Source: Ignavibacteriota bacterium
GTDB lineage: Bacteria; Bacteroidota; Ignavibacteria; Tepidaquicellales; OLB5
Assembly (NCBI GenBank): GCA_003820375.1
Contig: RPQH01000006.1
Location: forward strand, 8,861 to 72,860
Reading direction: 5' to 3'
Length of the DNA stretch: 64,000 nucleotides
Part shown: positions 1-8,819 of the stretch, one piece after another
Position numbering within the stretch: position 1 is the stretch's first letter
Layout: the number at the start of each line of letters is the position of its first letter
Notes under the pieces: generated by a model
What the model was told of the DNA's origin: nothing
Seen by the model: the letters and a program-made list of their open reading frames with translations, nothing else
Database searches by the model: none
Program-made: the position numbers and the translations under genes

Positions 1-64
1 ATCTGTCTTCCGAAAAACAATGAATCTAACCGGAAATGTTACTTCAATTATCTGTTATAAAAAC

Positions 65-424
65 CTATTTATATTTTAAAACAGGCAGTTCCAGATAATC
101 ATATTTACTTTTATCAATTGGAATAACATTTATCTTGAAATTTTTCTTCTTATTTACCTGGATGTAATATTCTCCTACAGGAACATCATAGAAATAAAAT
201 TCTCCATTTTCGTCAGAAATTGTTTTTGATATGAGAATCCATGATTTATCCTGAGTATTTAATTTATAAAGGGCAAGAGTAACCTTATTAAAGGGAACAT
301 TACTTTTTTCGAATTTATTATATTTTATAACCTGACCTTTAATATCTATATTTTGAGCTTGCGAAAAAGTGTTTAGGCAAAAAGAAATAAAGAAAAATAG
401 AATTAAATATATTATGTTCTTCAT
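65..424 (-). CDS. small secreted protein, carboxypeptidase-regulatory-like beta-sandwich (hypothetical)
   Basis: 119-aa ORF with a hydrophobic signal-like N-terminus (LILFFFISFCLNTFSQA). The 'IKGQV...NGEFYFYDVPVGEYYIQV' pattern resembles CarboxypepD_reg-type domains. Confidence 0.4.
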   Translation of the reverse strand: MKNIIYLILFFFISFCLNTFSQAQNIDIKGQVIKYNKFEKSNVPFNKVTLALYKLNTQDKSWILISKTISDENGEFYFYDVPVGEYYIQVNKKKNFKINVIPIDKSKYDYLELPVLKYK

Positions 425-447
425 ATGATTAATTTATTTATATTTTT

Positions 448-1089
448 TTAATTATTATTCTCCTCAATAGGGGGGCCTGAATCTTCATCGAGAGAATTAA
501 ATTTTATCGGAGATGTTTCTGCATCCTGCTGTTTATATGAATTTAAATCTTCAGTTCTTATAAGGCGGACTTCATCGATATTTATGGTTCTATTAGCTTC
601 ATCAATTTTATATTCGTTTTTTTTCATGTCATACGGAAAAGTTTTCGAATTAAATTTTTTCGGGTAACCGAATGTAATAATTGGAGTTTCTCCATCTGTA
701 GGTACACAGAATTTTGCCAAACTTGAATTTTTAACTCTTTCTATGGGTGGCTCAAAATCTATTTTTACTCCATCGATTATTTGATCAACATCGCCTTCTA
801 TCTGCTTTCCATTTTTATCAAAAAAAGTGATTTTAGTGGTTACTGTCCAGACCTGATGACAGCTGTCTTTGATGTGTCCTTCAATATTTTTTACCAGAAA
901 AAAGCTCATTGTTGCAACAATAACATAAGCTGCAAATGCGCCTGATGTATTAATCTGCAAATTTCCAATCATACCTGTTGCTTTGATTGGAGTTTTTGGA
1001 AAAAGTTTAAGAATCACAATAGCAGGTAACAATGGTAAAGCTAAGTATAAAATATAAAGTAAAAATGAATAAATAATTGGTGTTTCCAT
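448..1089 (-). CDS. membrane protein of unknown function
   Basis: 213-aa ORF with two hydrophobic N-terminal helices (IIYSFLLYILYLALPLLPAIVIL; AFAAYVIVATMSFFLV) and a soluble C-terminal part. It lies 24 nt upstream of the co-oriented 65-424 ORF. Confidence 0.45.
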   Translation of the reverse strand: METPIIYSFLLYILYLALPLLPAIVILKLFPKTPIKATGMIGNLQINTSGAFAAYVIVATMSFFLVKNIEGHIKDSCHQVWTVTTKITFFDKNGKQIEGDVDQIIDGVKIDFEPPIERVKNSSLAKFCVPTDGETPIITFGYPKKFNSKTFPYDMKKNEYKIDEANRTINIDEVRLIRTEDLNSYKQQDAETSPIKFNSLDEDSGPPIEENNN

Positions 1090-1586
1090 AGTTATTTAAA
1101 TTTATGAATTATGACAAATTATTATTTAGTTTTTGTATTTTGTATTGACCTGTCAGGTGATATTTAGTTAATACAAATCAGATTGAATATGTATAAACAG
1201 GTAATAAATAAAACATGTTGTATCGATTATAAAATCAATGTATGTTTACAGGTTTTTCAGAATAGATACGGATTTAGTCTTTGTATTTATACCAACTAAA
1301 TGTATTGAGATGAATAAGTAGTTAACCGAAAATAGTTAGGTATATCACTCAGTTAGTTGAAAATTTCAGATAAAATATTTTATCCGCACGGCTATCAAAT
1401 TTTTGTAATTTACGACATCAATAAGACAATCGCTAATACTAAAATAAATTGTATAAGTTGTATTGTCAAAGAGAAATTTTTAAAAGAACATTAAAAAAAT
1501 TCAGGCAATGTTGTAATATTATTGTAAAAAAATGATTATTTAATAATATTCCGGAATAATTATACACAAAAAAAACCAAAAATTTG

Positions 1587-1737
1587 TTAATTTCTTAATA
1601 TCATTCCATCTTCAATTCTTATTACATTATCCGCAAAATTAATAATCCTGCGGTCATGGCTTGCAATTAAAACTCCTTTATTTGCCTCTTTTGCGTAAGA
1701 GCATAATGGAATATTTGAGCTGCACAGCAAAATTTAT
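1587..1737 (-). pseudogene. C-terminal remnant of an ABC-transporter ATP-binding protein (LolD/MacB-like)
   Basis: My reverse-strand translation gives ...SYAKEANKGVLIASHDRRIINFADNVIRIEDGMILRN*, the typical extreme C-terminus of ABC ATPases. An in-frame stop lies about 48 codons upstream of its end, and no Walker A, Walker B or signature motif is present upstream. Confidence 0.55.
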
Positions 1738-2054
1738 TTGCTAATCCTTTAATGTTCTTTTATAAATATCAGGTTCTGTTTTTTATTCCACGAAAAAGTT
1801 CTATTCTCCATTCCTGTAGTAATGTAAGTATATAGTTTATCATTTTTTTCTTTCAATGATGAACCGGCTTTTCTATATTTATAGATACCCTTTGTATATT
1901 TCTTCTGAACAGCAGAAACAACAAATCGGGATTTTTTTTCTTGCATATCCTTAATTGTTAACAGCAAAATATTGTCAAATAACTTTGTTTGCTTGCCAAT
2001 CCGGGCATTTACAGAATAAGAATTTCTTTATTAATACGATTTTATTGAATATGG

Positions 2055-2342
2055 TTACAATCCGGAATTCAGCAATTCTTTTTCCAGCTTATCAAAAATC
2101 TTTTTTTCTATTCGTCCATTTGAATATAGTTTTTGATTTCCCTTATCCATGTTACCTGAAATTGGATTTAATTCCTGCCACACGCCTGCAAAATCAGTGG
2201 TTATTGTAACAGTAGATTTAACAGAATCTCCTCTTACTTCTATAAAAACTGAATAATCTGCACCGGTATATTCTCCGCCTTCGGTAGTTGTATATTTATA
2301 TATTTCTTTTTCTGTAATTACGCGGTAATCATATTGGACCAT
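2055..2342 (-). CDS. hypothetical protein
   Basis: 95-aa ORF with no recognisable motif. A short upstream ORF in another frame (about 2380-2450) hints at possible frameshift decay. Confidence 0.3.
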   Translation of the reverse strand: MVQYDYRVITEKEIYKYTTTEGGEYTGADYSVFIEVRGDSVKSTVTITTDFAGVWQELNPISGNMDKGNQKLYSNGRIEKKIFDKLEKELLNSGL

Positions 2343-2643
2343 ATGTTGTTCATTGCTGATAGATTTAATTACTTATGAATTTCTGCCAATAACAACACAT
2401 GTCCACATTTTCTTATATCTTGTGAATACAATAGATTCGGTCATTTTTTTTATTAAAAGTACCCTTTCTGTTTATTAATTAATAAAGCTTTTCATCCGAT
2501 TCTTCGCATACAATTTTTTGCTGTAAGGTTTCTGTAATAATTCCGATAAGGTTCAAAAATAACTTTGTATCAACACTGCTGAACAAAAGAAAAGACAGTG
2601 GGGAATACAAAAAATAATTTTTAAACCTTAAAAGAAAAAAACA

Positions 2644-2841
2644 ATGAAAAACTTAACCTTTTACGCCATCTTTACAGCATTTGCAGTTCTTTTTGCAGTC
2701 ACAACATCCACAACAGTTTCTTCAACTTATGAGAGTACTCAAGACAAAAGTATAATTTGCGACCCTGAAGATTCAACCGGTACACCAATAGATACAACAA
2801 TCGATGGTAATCCTATTATTATCCCTCCAATTGGTCACTAA
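2644..2841 (+). CDS. small secreted Ser/Thr-rich protein (hypothetical)
   Basis: 65-aa ORF with a signal-like N-terminus (FYAIFTAFAVLFAVTT), followed by a strong hairpin terminator. Confidence 0.35.
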   Translation: MKNLTFYAIFTAFAVLFAVTTSTTVSSTYESTQDKSIICDPEDSTGTPIDTTIDGNPIIIPPIGH

Positions 2842-2857
2842 ATAATTATTTATTACT

Positions 2858-2886
2858 AAAAAAGCAGGGTTAAACCCTGCTTTTTT
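2858..2886. terminator. bidirectional rho-independent terminator
   Basis: aaaaaagcaggg-ttaaa-ccctgctttttt: a perfect stem flanked by an A-run and a T-run, between convergent ORFs 2644-2841 (+) and 2870-4348 (-). It overlaps the last codons of the latter. Confidence 0.6.
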
Positions 2887-4348
2887 GCTTTAACAGCTCT
2901 TCTGCTTTTTCTATTAACCAGTTTCCTGCGTAGATAAACTTCTTTTGTACCTTTAATTCATCTATAAAGTAGTTAATGTTCATATCATCACTTTCGTACT
3001 CCATTGAATCCTCCTGGAGCTTTAGCAGCTTTAAAAGGGAATTAATGAACATTAAATATCCTTCGTAGTAATTAGCAGGAATTTCCTTATGTGATTTCAA
3101 ATATTTTCTTACAGTATCCGCAGCATTTAATAGTTCTTCTATGTCACCTGTTTCATATCCTATCCTGGCTAATATAAGCTTTGCATCAATGTAGTGAAAA
3201 TAATCTATGTAACTGATATTTTCCTGATATTGATGTGCCTTTTGATAATCTTTCTTGTATAAGTATAATTTTGCATAAGAAATATTAATTATATTATCCC
3301 TGTATTCGGGATTTATTAACTTTCCGTATTTTACGATAAAATATTCAAGCCAGTCAAATTCTTTCTGTCCGATACAGGATTCAATTACTATCTTAAAAGT
3401 TACAAAATCCAATTCATTCGCTCTTTTAATAATATCAAGTTCATCTTCCTTTTTTACCAGTTCAATAATATCTTTTTCAAACTCAATTTCACCATTATTT
3501 ACTTTTAACATACAAAAATTTATTAACTGGTCGAAAAAGGCTACCTTATCATCTGTCTGGATAAGCTTTTCGTTTTCCAGAAGATATTGTTTTGTTTCAT
3601 CAAAATATTCTTTTTGGTCCGGTGATAATAATAAATTAAGCAGTAGGTAATTTATATAAATTGTGTAATGGCTCTCTTTCAGGAATACAATATTTTCTTT
3701 AACAAATGCATTAATTTCATTTAGAAACTCCCATTCATATTTGGGGGCATTTCCCAGGAAATATTGTCTTGAAAACATTGCCTGGAAGATATGTAACTTG
3801 GAATATAAAAAGTTCAGGTCTATGCGGAGTGATTTCTCCTGTTCAAGTTCCGGGTTTTCAAGTATATTTTTACTGAATTTGTAACTTAGCTCCTCATCTA
3901 TTAAATCAAGGCCAAATTTATAATATTCTTCATCGCGCTTTGTATTTTTTAAATAATGTTTTTTTAAATCCTGGAATTTTATATCATATTTATCTGTCAA
4001 ACATTTTTTTCGGAGATGTTTTAAAAGCAGGAGTTGATGTTCTTCTTCATTTTGTCTTTCAAATTCCAGGTGTATTAAAAACAGTTCAAATGTCCTGACA
4101 AAATCAGATATAAGCTTTTTGATATTACTATCAGTTCTTTTTTCTTCATCCTGATAAATTAATTCTGCTATTTCTTCACGTGATACTTCCGGTGTTTTAT
4201 CTTGTGTGTATTTTGAATAAAAAATATCATACAGTTTATGAATTCTATTTGGAATCGAAAAGAATGGCGATTTAATAAAATCACCTAGTTTTTTAAATTC
4301 ATCTTTAGAAAGGCAGCTGAGCAGCTCAGTTATATCACTTTTCTTCAT
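2870..4348 (-). CDS. hypothetical helical-repeat (TPR-like) protein
   Basis: 492-aa uninterrupted ORF rich in predicted helices. No catalytic motif recognised. Confidence 0.55.
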   Translation of the reverse strand: MKKSDITELLSCLSKDEFKKLGDFIKSPFFSIPNRIHKLYDIFYSKYTQDKTPEVSREEIAELIYQDEEKRTDSNIKKLISDFVRTFELFLIHLEFERQNEEEHQLLLLKHLRKKCLTDKYDIKFQDLKKHYLKNTKRDEEYYKFGLDLIDEELSYKFSKNILENPELEQEKSLRIDLNFLYSKLHIFQAMFSRQYFLGNAPKYEWEFLNEINAFVKENIVFLKESHYTIYINYLLLNLLLSPDQKEYFDETKQYLLENEKLIQTDDKVAFFDQLINFCMLKVNNGEIEFEKDIIELVKKEDELDIIKRANELDFVTFKIVIESCIGQKEFDWLEYFIVKYGKLINPEYRDNIINISYAKLYLYKKDYQKAHQYQENISYIDYFHYIDAKLILARIGYETGDIEELLNAADTVRKYLKSHKEIPANYYEGYLMFINSLLKLLKLQEDSMEYESDDMNINYFIDELKVQKKFIYAGNWLIEKAEELLKQKSRV

Positions 4349-4580
4349 TGGCCTGAATTAATTTTTTTAAGAAAATTCACATCAGTAATATAAAATCAGT
4401 AAAAACAACCAATTAATAAATACTTTTTTTATTCCACGTTTTAAAAACAGTTCACATAATAGCTTTTGATTCTTTTGCCAAAGGAACAAAAGCTGTTACA
4501 TTTGCAAGAGAATCAATAAATACTGGAACAAAACCACCTATTTCTTCAAAAAACACAGAAAATGCATAATAAATAAACCT

Positions 4581-4958
4581 ATGGCACTGAGAAAAAGAAA
4601 ACCTACCCGGATTATGGAAAAAGCATTATTAAGGTATTCAGCTATGAAAAAAATAGATGATGATATGTGTAATGAAATAGACTATGGTGGTCCTGGAATA
4701 CCTTTGACCAAGGTGCACTTTAACCGGCAGATTGACCTATGTAAGCATCTCTTAAGCGAATATAATGAAATATTAAGCAAGGCAGATGAAAAAGCTGTTA
4801 AAATAAAAGAAGCAGAGGGAATACTTTCTGATATGTTCACTTCTGTTCTTGCAGGTGCCATAAGCAGGTTTGGAATTGATGCACATGAAATTAATTTATT
4901 GGGCGGAACAAGAAAATCAGACAGGAAAAAAACTGTCAGAAAAAAAGAAGAAATATAA
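4581..4958 (+). CDS. hypothetical protein with basic termini
   Basis: 125-aa ORF with Lys/Arg-rich N- and C-termini. No family recognised. Confidence 0.45.
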   Translation: MALRKRKPTRIMEKALLRYSAMKKIDDDMCNEIDYGGPGIPLTKVHFNRQIDLCKHLLSEYNEILSKADEKAVKIKEAEGILSDMFTSVLAGAISRFGIDAHEINLLGGTRKSDRKKTVRKKEEI

Positions 4959-5251
4959 TTGATTTGAACTTCCCTGTTAAAAGGCCATAATAACAGGATA
5001 CACTTAAAATTAATATATTAACAATAATACTTTCTTGAAAAACAAAGGAAAGTGTAAAGTCACACTACTTTCACTTATTAAGAATCCTATATTTAAAACC
5101 TGGTCTTATTTAAAAATGTTAATCCTGTAGTTTTATTTCTGAAAGCCATGATAAGGAAAAGTAGACTTAAATCCATAATCAATGCAGCGTTTTTACATAA
5201 TCGAAATTTAAATCAATCATTAAAAAGAAAAATATTTTTTGAAAGATTAAT

Positions 5252-6904
5252 ATGAAGATATTAATAATTATCATTCTAATTGTTTTTGTACAAGTTATAC
5301 AGGCACAAAGTTTTATGTGGGCAAAAAGATCCGGAGGTCCATCTAGTGATGCTTCAAAATGTGTTGTAAGTGATGTTCAGGGAAACTCATATGTTACAGG
5401 AAGATTTAAAGGACCGGCAACATTTGAAAGCCAAACAATTTACTCAACAGGTGCGAATGATTTGTATGTTGCAAAATATTCCTCCACAGGTAATTTGTTA
5501 TGGGTGAAGCAAGCCGGAAGTACTTCACAATATGGTCACATTGTTGGAAGAGCAGTAGATGTAAATTCTAACGGTGATGTTTTTGTAACCGGTGATTATG
5601 ACAGTACAATAAACTTTGGAAGTGGATTATCAATCTCAGCAAATGGACACGCAAGTGACATTTTTGTAGCTAAATATAATAGTTCCGGGCTTATTCAATG
5701 GGTTATTTCATGCGGAGGTACTGAGCATGATTTCGTTGATGATATAATTGTGGATGAAAGCGGTAATTCGTTTATTACCGGGCAATTTTATGGCAATGCT
5801 CAATTTGGACCATTTAATTTGGTTTCAGGTGGATGGGCAGATGTATTTTTAGCGAAGTTAAATTTCTCCGGTAACTTTCAATGGGCAAAAAAAGGAGGTG
5901 GTTCTAATTTCGATGCTGCTTATGGTTCAGCGTTTGATAATTCGGGAAATCTTATTATAACAGGTACTTTCACATCATCAGCTTTGTTTGGAAGCATTAG
6001 TTTTACTGCAAATGGAGCAGCAGCTTTTATTTTAAAATACGATAACAATGGTAATGCGCTTTCCGGACTACAGAGTTCAGGAAATACTGATGGTGTTTGG
6101 CCGACTGATATTGCAGTTTCGGCTTCTAATGAAATTTATATCTGCGGTTTTTATTATCAAAACATACAATTTGGAACTATTAATTTATTTTCTGCCGGAA
6201 TCAATGATTGTTTTATTGCAAAAATAAACACTGCATTAAATTGGGAATGGGCAAAAAGCGGAGGGGGAACCAACTACGATTATTTTGAAGCACTTAGCTT
6301 GTTAGAAAACGGAAATGTCTATACTGTGGGTTCCTTCAGCTCAACTGCAAATTTTAACGGAATTAATCTTGTCAGTTCAGGTAACACAGATATTGTTTTT
6401 GCAGGGTATGAATCCAATGGAAATATTGCATGGGCTATTCGTACTGGTAATACAGGTATTGACCATGGTAATGGAATTAGTATAGCAAGCAATAACTATA
6501 TATTTTTTACTGGTGAATTCTCGGGCAATACTATCTTTCCTCCAAACATCCAGTTAACAAGTAATGGCGAAGAAGATAGTTTTTTAGCAAGATTAGACAG
6601 TTTAGTGGTTTTTGTTCAGAATAAGCAGACCCGGATACCGGATAATTTTTCATTATCTCAAAACTATCCCAATCCTTTCAATCCTAAAACAAAGATACAA
6701 TTTTCCATACCATGGACATCAAATGTAAATTTAACTGTGTATGATATTCTTGGCAGGGAAATTTCTGTACTTGTTAATGAAGAACTGAAAGCCGGAAATT
6801 ATAATGCCGATTTCGATGCAGGTGATTTATCAAGTGGTATATATTTCTATAAGATAATAGCAGGTGATTTCAATGAAACAAAAAAGATGATTTTAGTAAG
6901 ATAA
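5252..6904 (+). CDS. secreted SBBP-repeat beta-propeller protein with T9SS C-terminal sorting domain
   Basis: Signal peptide (ILIIIILIVFVQVIQAQS). Repeated 'D..GN.Y.TG.F.....F......G..D.F.AK....G...W' units typical of SBBP repeats. C-terminal 'LSQNYPNPFNPKTKIQF...GIYFYKI...KKMILVR' is a T9SS type-A CTD. Confidence 0.8.
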   Translation: MKILIIIILIVFVQVIQAQSFMWAKRSGGPSSDASKCVVSDVQGNSYVTGRFKGPATFESQTIYSTGANDLYVAKYSSTGNLLWVKQAGSTSQYGHIVGRAVDVNSNGDVFVTGDYDSTINFGSGLSISANGHASDIFVAKYNSSGLIQWVISCGGTEHDFVDDIIVDESGNSFITGQFYGNAQFGPFNLVSGGWADVFLAKLNFSGNFQWAKKGGGSNFDAAYGSAFDNSGNLIITGTFTSSALFGSISFTANGAAAFILKYDNNGNALSGLQSSGNTDGVWPTDIAVSASNEIYICGFYYQNIQFGTINLFSAGINDCFIAKINTALNWEWAKSGGGTNYDYFEALSLLENGNVYTVGSFSSTANFNGINLVSSGNTDIVFAGYESNGNIAWAIRTGNTGIDHGNGISIASNNYIFFTGEFSGNTIFPPNIQLTSNGEEDSFLARLDSLVVFVQNKQTRIPDNFSLSQNYPNPFNPKTKIQFSIPWTSNVNLTVYDILGREISVLVNEELKAGNYNADFDAGDLSSGIYFYKIIAGDFNETKKMILVR

Positions 6905-6908
6905 AATA

Positions 6909-6954
6909 AACAATTCATCTGCTTCTTTGTATCTGCAAAGAAGCAGAATTAAAA
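6909..6954 (+). repeat. intercistronic hairpin element, copy 1
   Basis: aacaattcatctgcttctttgtatctgcaaagaagcagaattaaaa. The 11-bp perfect stem ctgcttctttg/caaagaagcag spans 6919-6946. An identical 46-nt copy lies at 8750-8795. Confidence 0.85.
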
Positions 6955-6977
6955 TATAACATATAGGAGAAAAACAA

Positions 6978-8741
6978 ATGATAAAGTGGTTCAGTTTGAT
7001 TTTAGCAATATTAACAATATCTATAGGATTTTACTCTTGCAGTGATGATGTTATCAATCCCGGAAACAATAATGGTTCGGGTGCGATGGTTAAAACTACA
7101 GTGATAGGTATTGTACAAGATGAAAACGGAAATGTCTTAAATGGTGTAGAAATTACCATTGGAGACCAAACAAGAATTTCTAATAATAATGGGTTATATA
7201 TATTTCAGGATATTAATGTACCTCAAAAACGGGTATTTGTAAAAGCCAGCCGTTATGGTTGTTTCAATGCAATATCGGCGGCAATACCAAATGCAAATTC
7301 AGTTACACAAATTAGCATCAGTATGTTAACAATGGATGTTACATACAATCTAAATGGCGGCACCGGAGGAACAGTAACCTTGCCGGATGGAACGAGTATT
7401 CAGATTCAGGGAAATTCATTGCAGCTTTCCAGCGGTGTAACTTATACAGGGGATGTTTATATCATTTCAAAAACCATTGATCCAACGTCAGAAGAATTTC
7501 CATTAGTAGTGCCGGGAGGAGATTTATTAGCCAGAAGGTCAGATTCATCAGATGCAATTTTATCACCTTATTCAATTGTGAATACGGAAATATATACTCA
7601 ATCAGGTGAAAAGCTTTACCTGAAACCCGGAAACACATCAACAATTACTTTTTCAATACCTGCCGGCTTGATTGCTAGTGCACCAGCCAGTTTACCATTA
7701 TGGTATTTTGATGAAAATACCGGAATGTGGAAAGAAGATGGTTCAGCACAAAAGCAAGGTGATAAATATATTGGGAATGTAAGTCATTTCACATGCTGGG
7801 GCTGCCTGAAGCCATATTACAGTGCAACTATTAAAGGCAGAGTAGTAGATTGTAATAACCGTCCATTGCCATCAGCAATTATATTGACCGGTTATATTTG
7901 GAATTTTACTAATGCCCAGGGATATTTTCAGCGATTAGCACCAGTTGGTGAACAATTTATTGTTGGAGCACATCCAATTTGGAATCATGGATTGTTTACA
8001 ATTTCGCCCTTTACAGTTGGTCCTCTGGCAAATCAACAGGTGTATGACATGGGCAACATTAAAATTGATTGTCCGCAGATGTTTGTATTGACAAAAGGTA
8101 AAGTCATTTGCGGAAACCAACCTGTTTTTAATGCGATATTATTATTTAAAAATTCTGAAAATGAAGTTTCCAGTACATATACAGAAGGAGACGGGACTTA
8201 CAGATTAACAACAAAAGCAAATACCAATTATGAAGTTTTTGCTTTTAAACATTTGGCATCTGCATGGAAAACTATAACAACAACTCAATCCGGTGATACT
8301 ACTATAGTGGACGATATTTTATTATGTGACACTACTTCTTCAGATAAAGAAAATTGCTTTACAATAAACGGAGATGGTTTTAATAATGAAAACGTATTTT
8401 TCCCGGAGCCGTTAAATGCAGGATACTATATGACTGAATACAACTCCACTTCTATTTCGGTTCAAAGAACCTATGGTGATTCAGCCCTTTTTGGTTTATT
8501 ATTTCCAGGTAATCAGACAGGTACATTCGATAGTACAAACTCTAATTCAAATATATATGTGGGAGTTATGTACCAGTTAAAATATTATTACATGCGTTTT
8601 ATGCCATATAGCATTACTGTTGATGAGTACGGACCTGTAGGAGGATTTATCATTGGAAGGTTCAATGGAATACTATATAGAGATAATACAATACCTGTCA
8701 ATATAACAAATGGAAAATTCAAAGTAAGAAGATTAAGTTAA
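6978..8741 (+). CDS. lipoprotein with carboxypeptidase-regulatory-like domains
   Basis: Lipobox-like 'ISIGFYSC'. Several 'G.V.D.NG.PL.....' CarboxypepD_reg-like segments (e.g. VIGIVQDENGNVLNGVEITI, IKGRVVDCNNRPLPSAIIL). AGGAG lies 9 nt upstream of the ATG. Confidence 0.65.
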   Translation: MIKWFSLILAILTISIGFYSCSDDVINPGNNNGSGAMVKTTVIGIVQDENGNVLNGVEITIGDQTRISNNNGLYIFQDINVPQKRVFVKASRYGCFNAISAAIPNANSVTQISISMLTMDVTYNLNGGTGGTVTLPDGTSIQIQGNSLQLSSGVTYTGDVYIISKTIDPTSEEFPLVVPGGDLLARRSDSSDAILSPYSIVNTEIYTQSGEKLYLKPGNTSTITFSIPAGLIASAPASLPLWYFDENTGMWKEDGSAQKQGDKYIGNVSHFTCWGCLKPYYSATIKGRVVDCNNRPLPSAIILTGYIWNFTNAQGYFQRLAPVGEQFIVGAHPIWNHGLFTISPFTVGPLANQQVYDMGNIKIDCPQMFVLTKGKVICGNQPVFNAILLFKNSENEVSSTYTEGDGTYRLTTKANTNYEVFAFKHLASAWKTITTTQSGDTTIVDDILLCDTTSSDKENCFTINGDGFNNENVFFPEPLNAGYYMTEYNSTSISVQRTYGDSALFGLLFPGNQTGTFDSTNSNSNIYVGVMYQLKYYYMRFMPYSITVDEYGPVGGFIIGRFNGILYRDNTIPVNITNGKFKVRRLS

Positions 8742-8749
8742 ATATATTT

Positions 8750-8795
8750 AACAATTCATCTGCTTCTTTGTATCTGCAAAGAAGCAGAATTAAAA
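8750..8795 (+). repeat. intercistronic hairpin element, copy 2
   Basis: Identical 46-nt sequence to 6909-6954, with the stem at 8760-8787. The downstream 'aggagaaaaacaaa' ribosome-binding region is also duplicated. Confidence 0.85.
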
Positions 8796-8819
8796 AATAA
8801 CAATAAGGAGAAAAACAAA

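Noticed and set aside
1749-2209. ORFs 1749-1967 (-) and 1955-2209 (+). I briefly considered a GIY-YIG-like homing endonuclease because of 'KGIYKY...YTYITTG' in the first.
   Set aside because: The spacing and surrounding residues do not fit the GIY-x(10-11)-YIG motif, and there is no further nuclease signature. The second ORF overlaps 2055-2342 on the opposite strand.
6909-8795. Possible CRISPR array or spacer-repeat structure, because of the identical hairpin-containing repeats.
   Set aside because: There are only two copies, 1.8 kb apart, each in an intercistronic gap flanking a full gene. No cas genes are present and the spacing is not regular and short.
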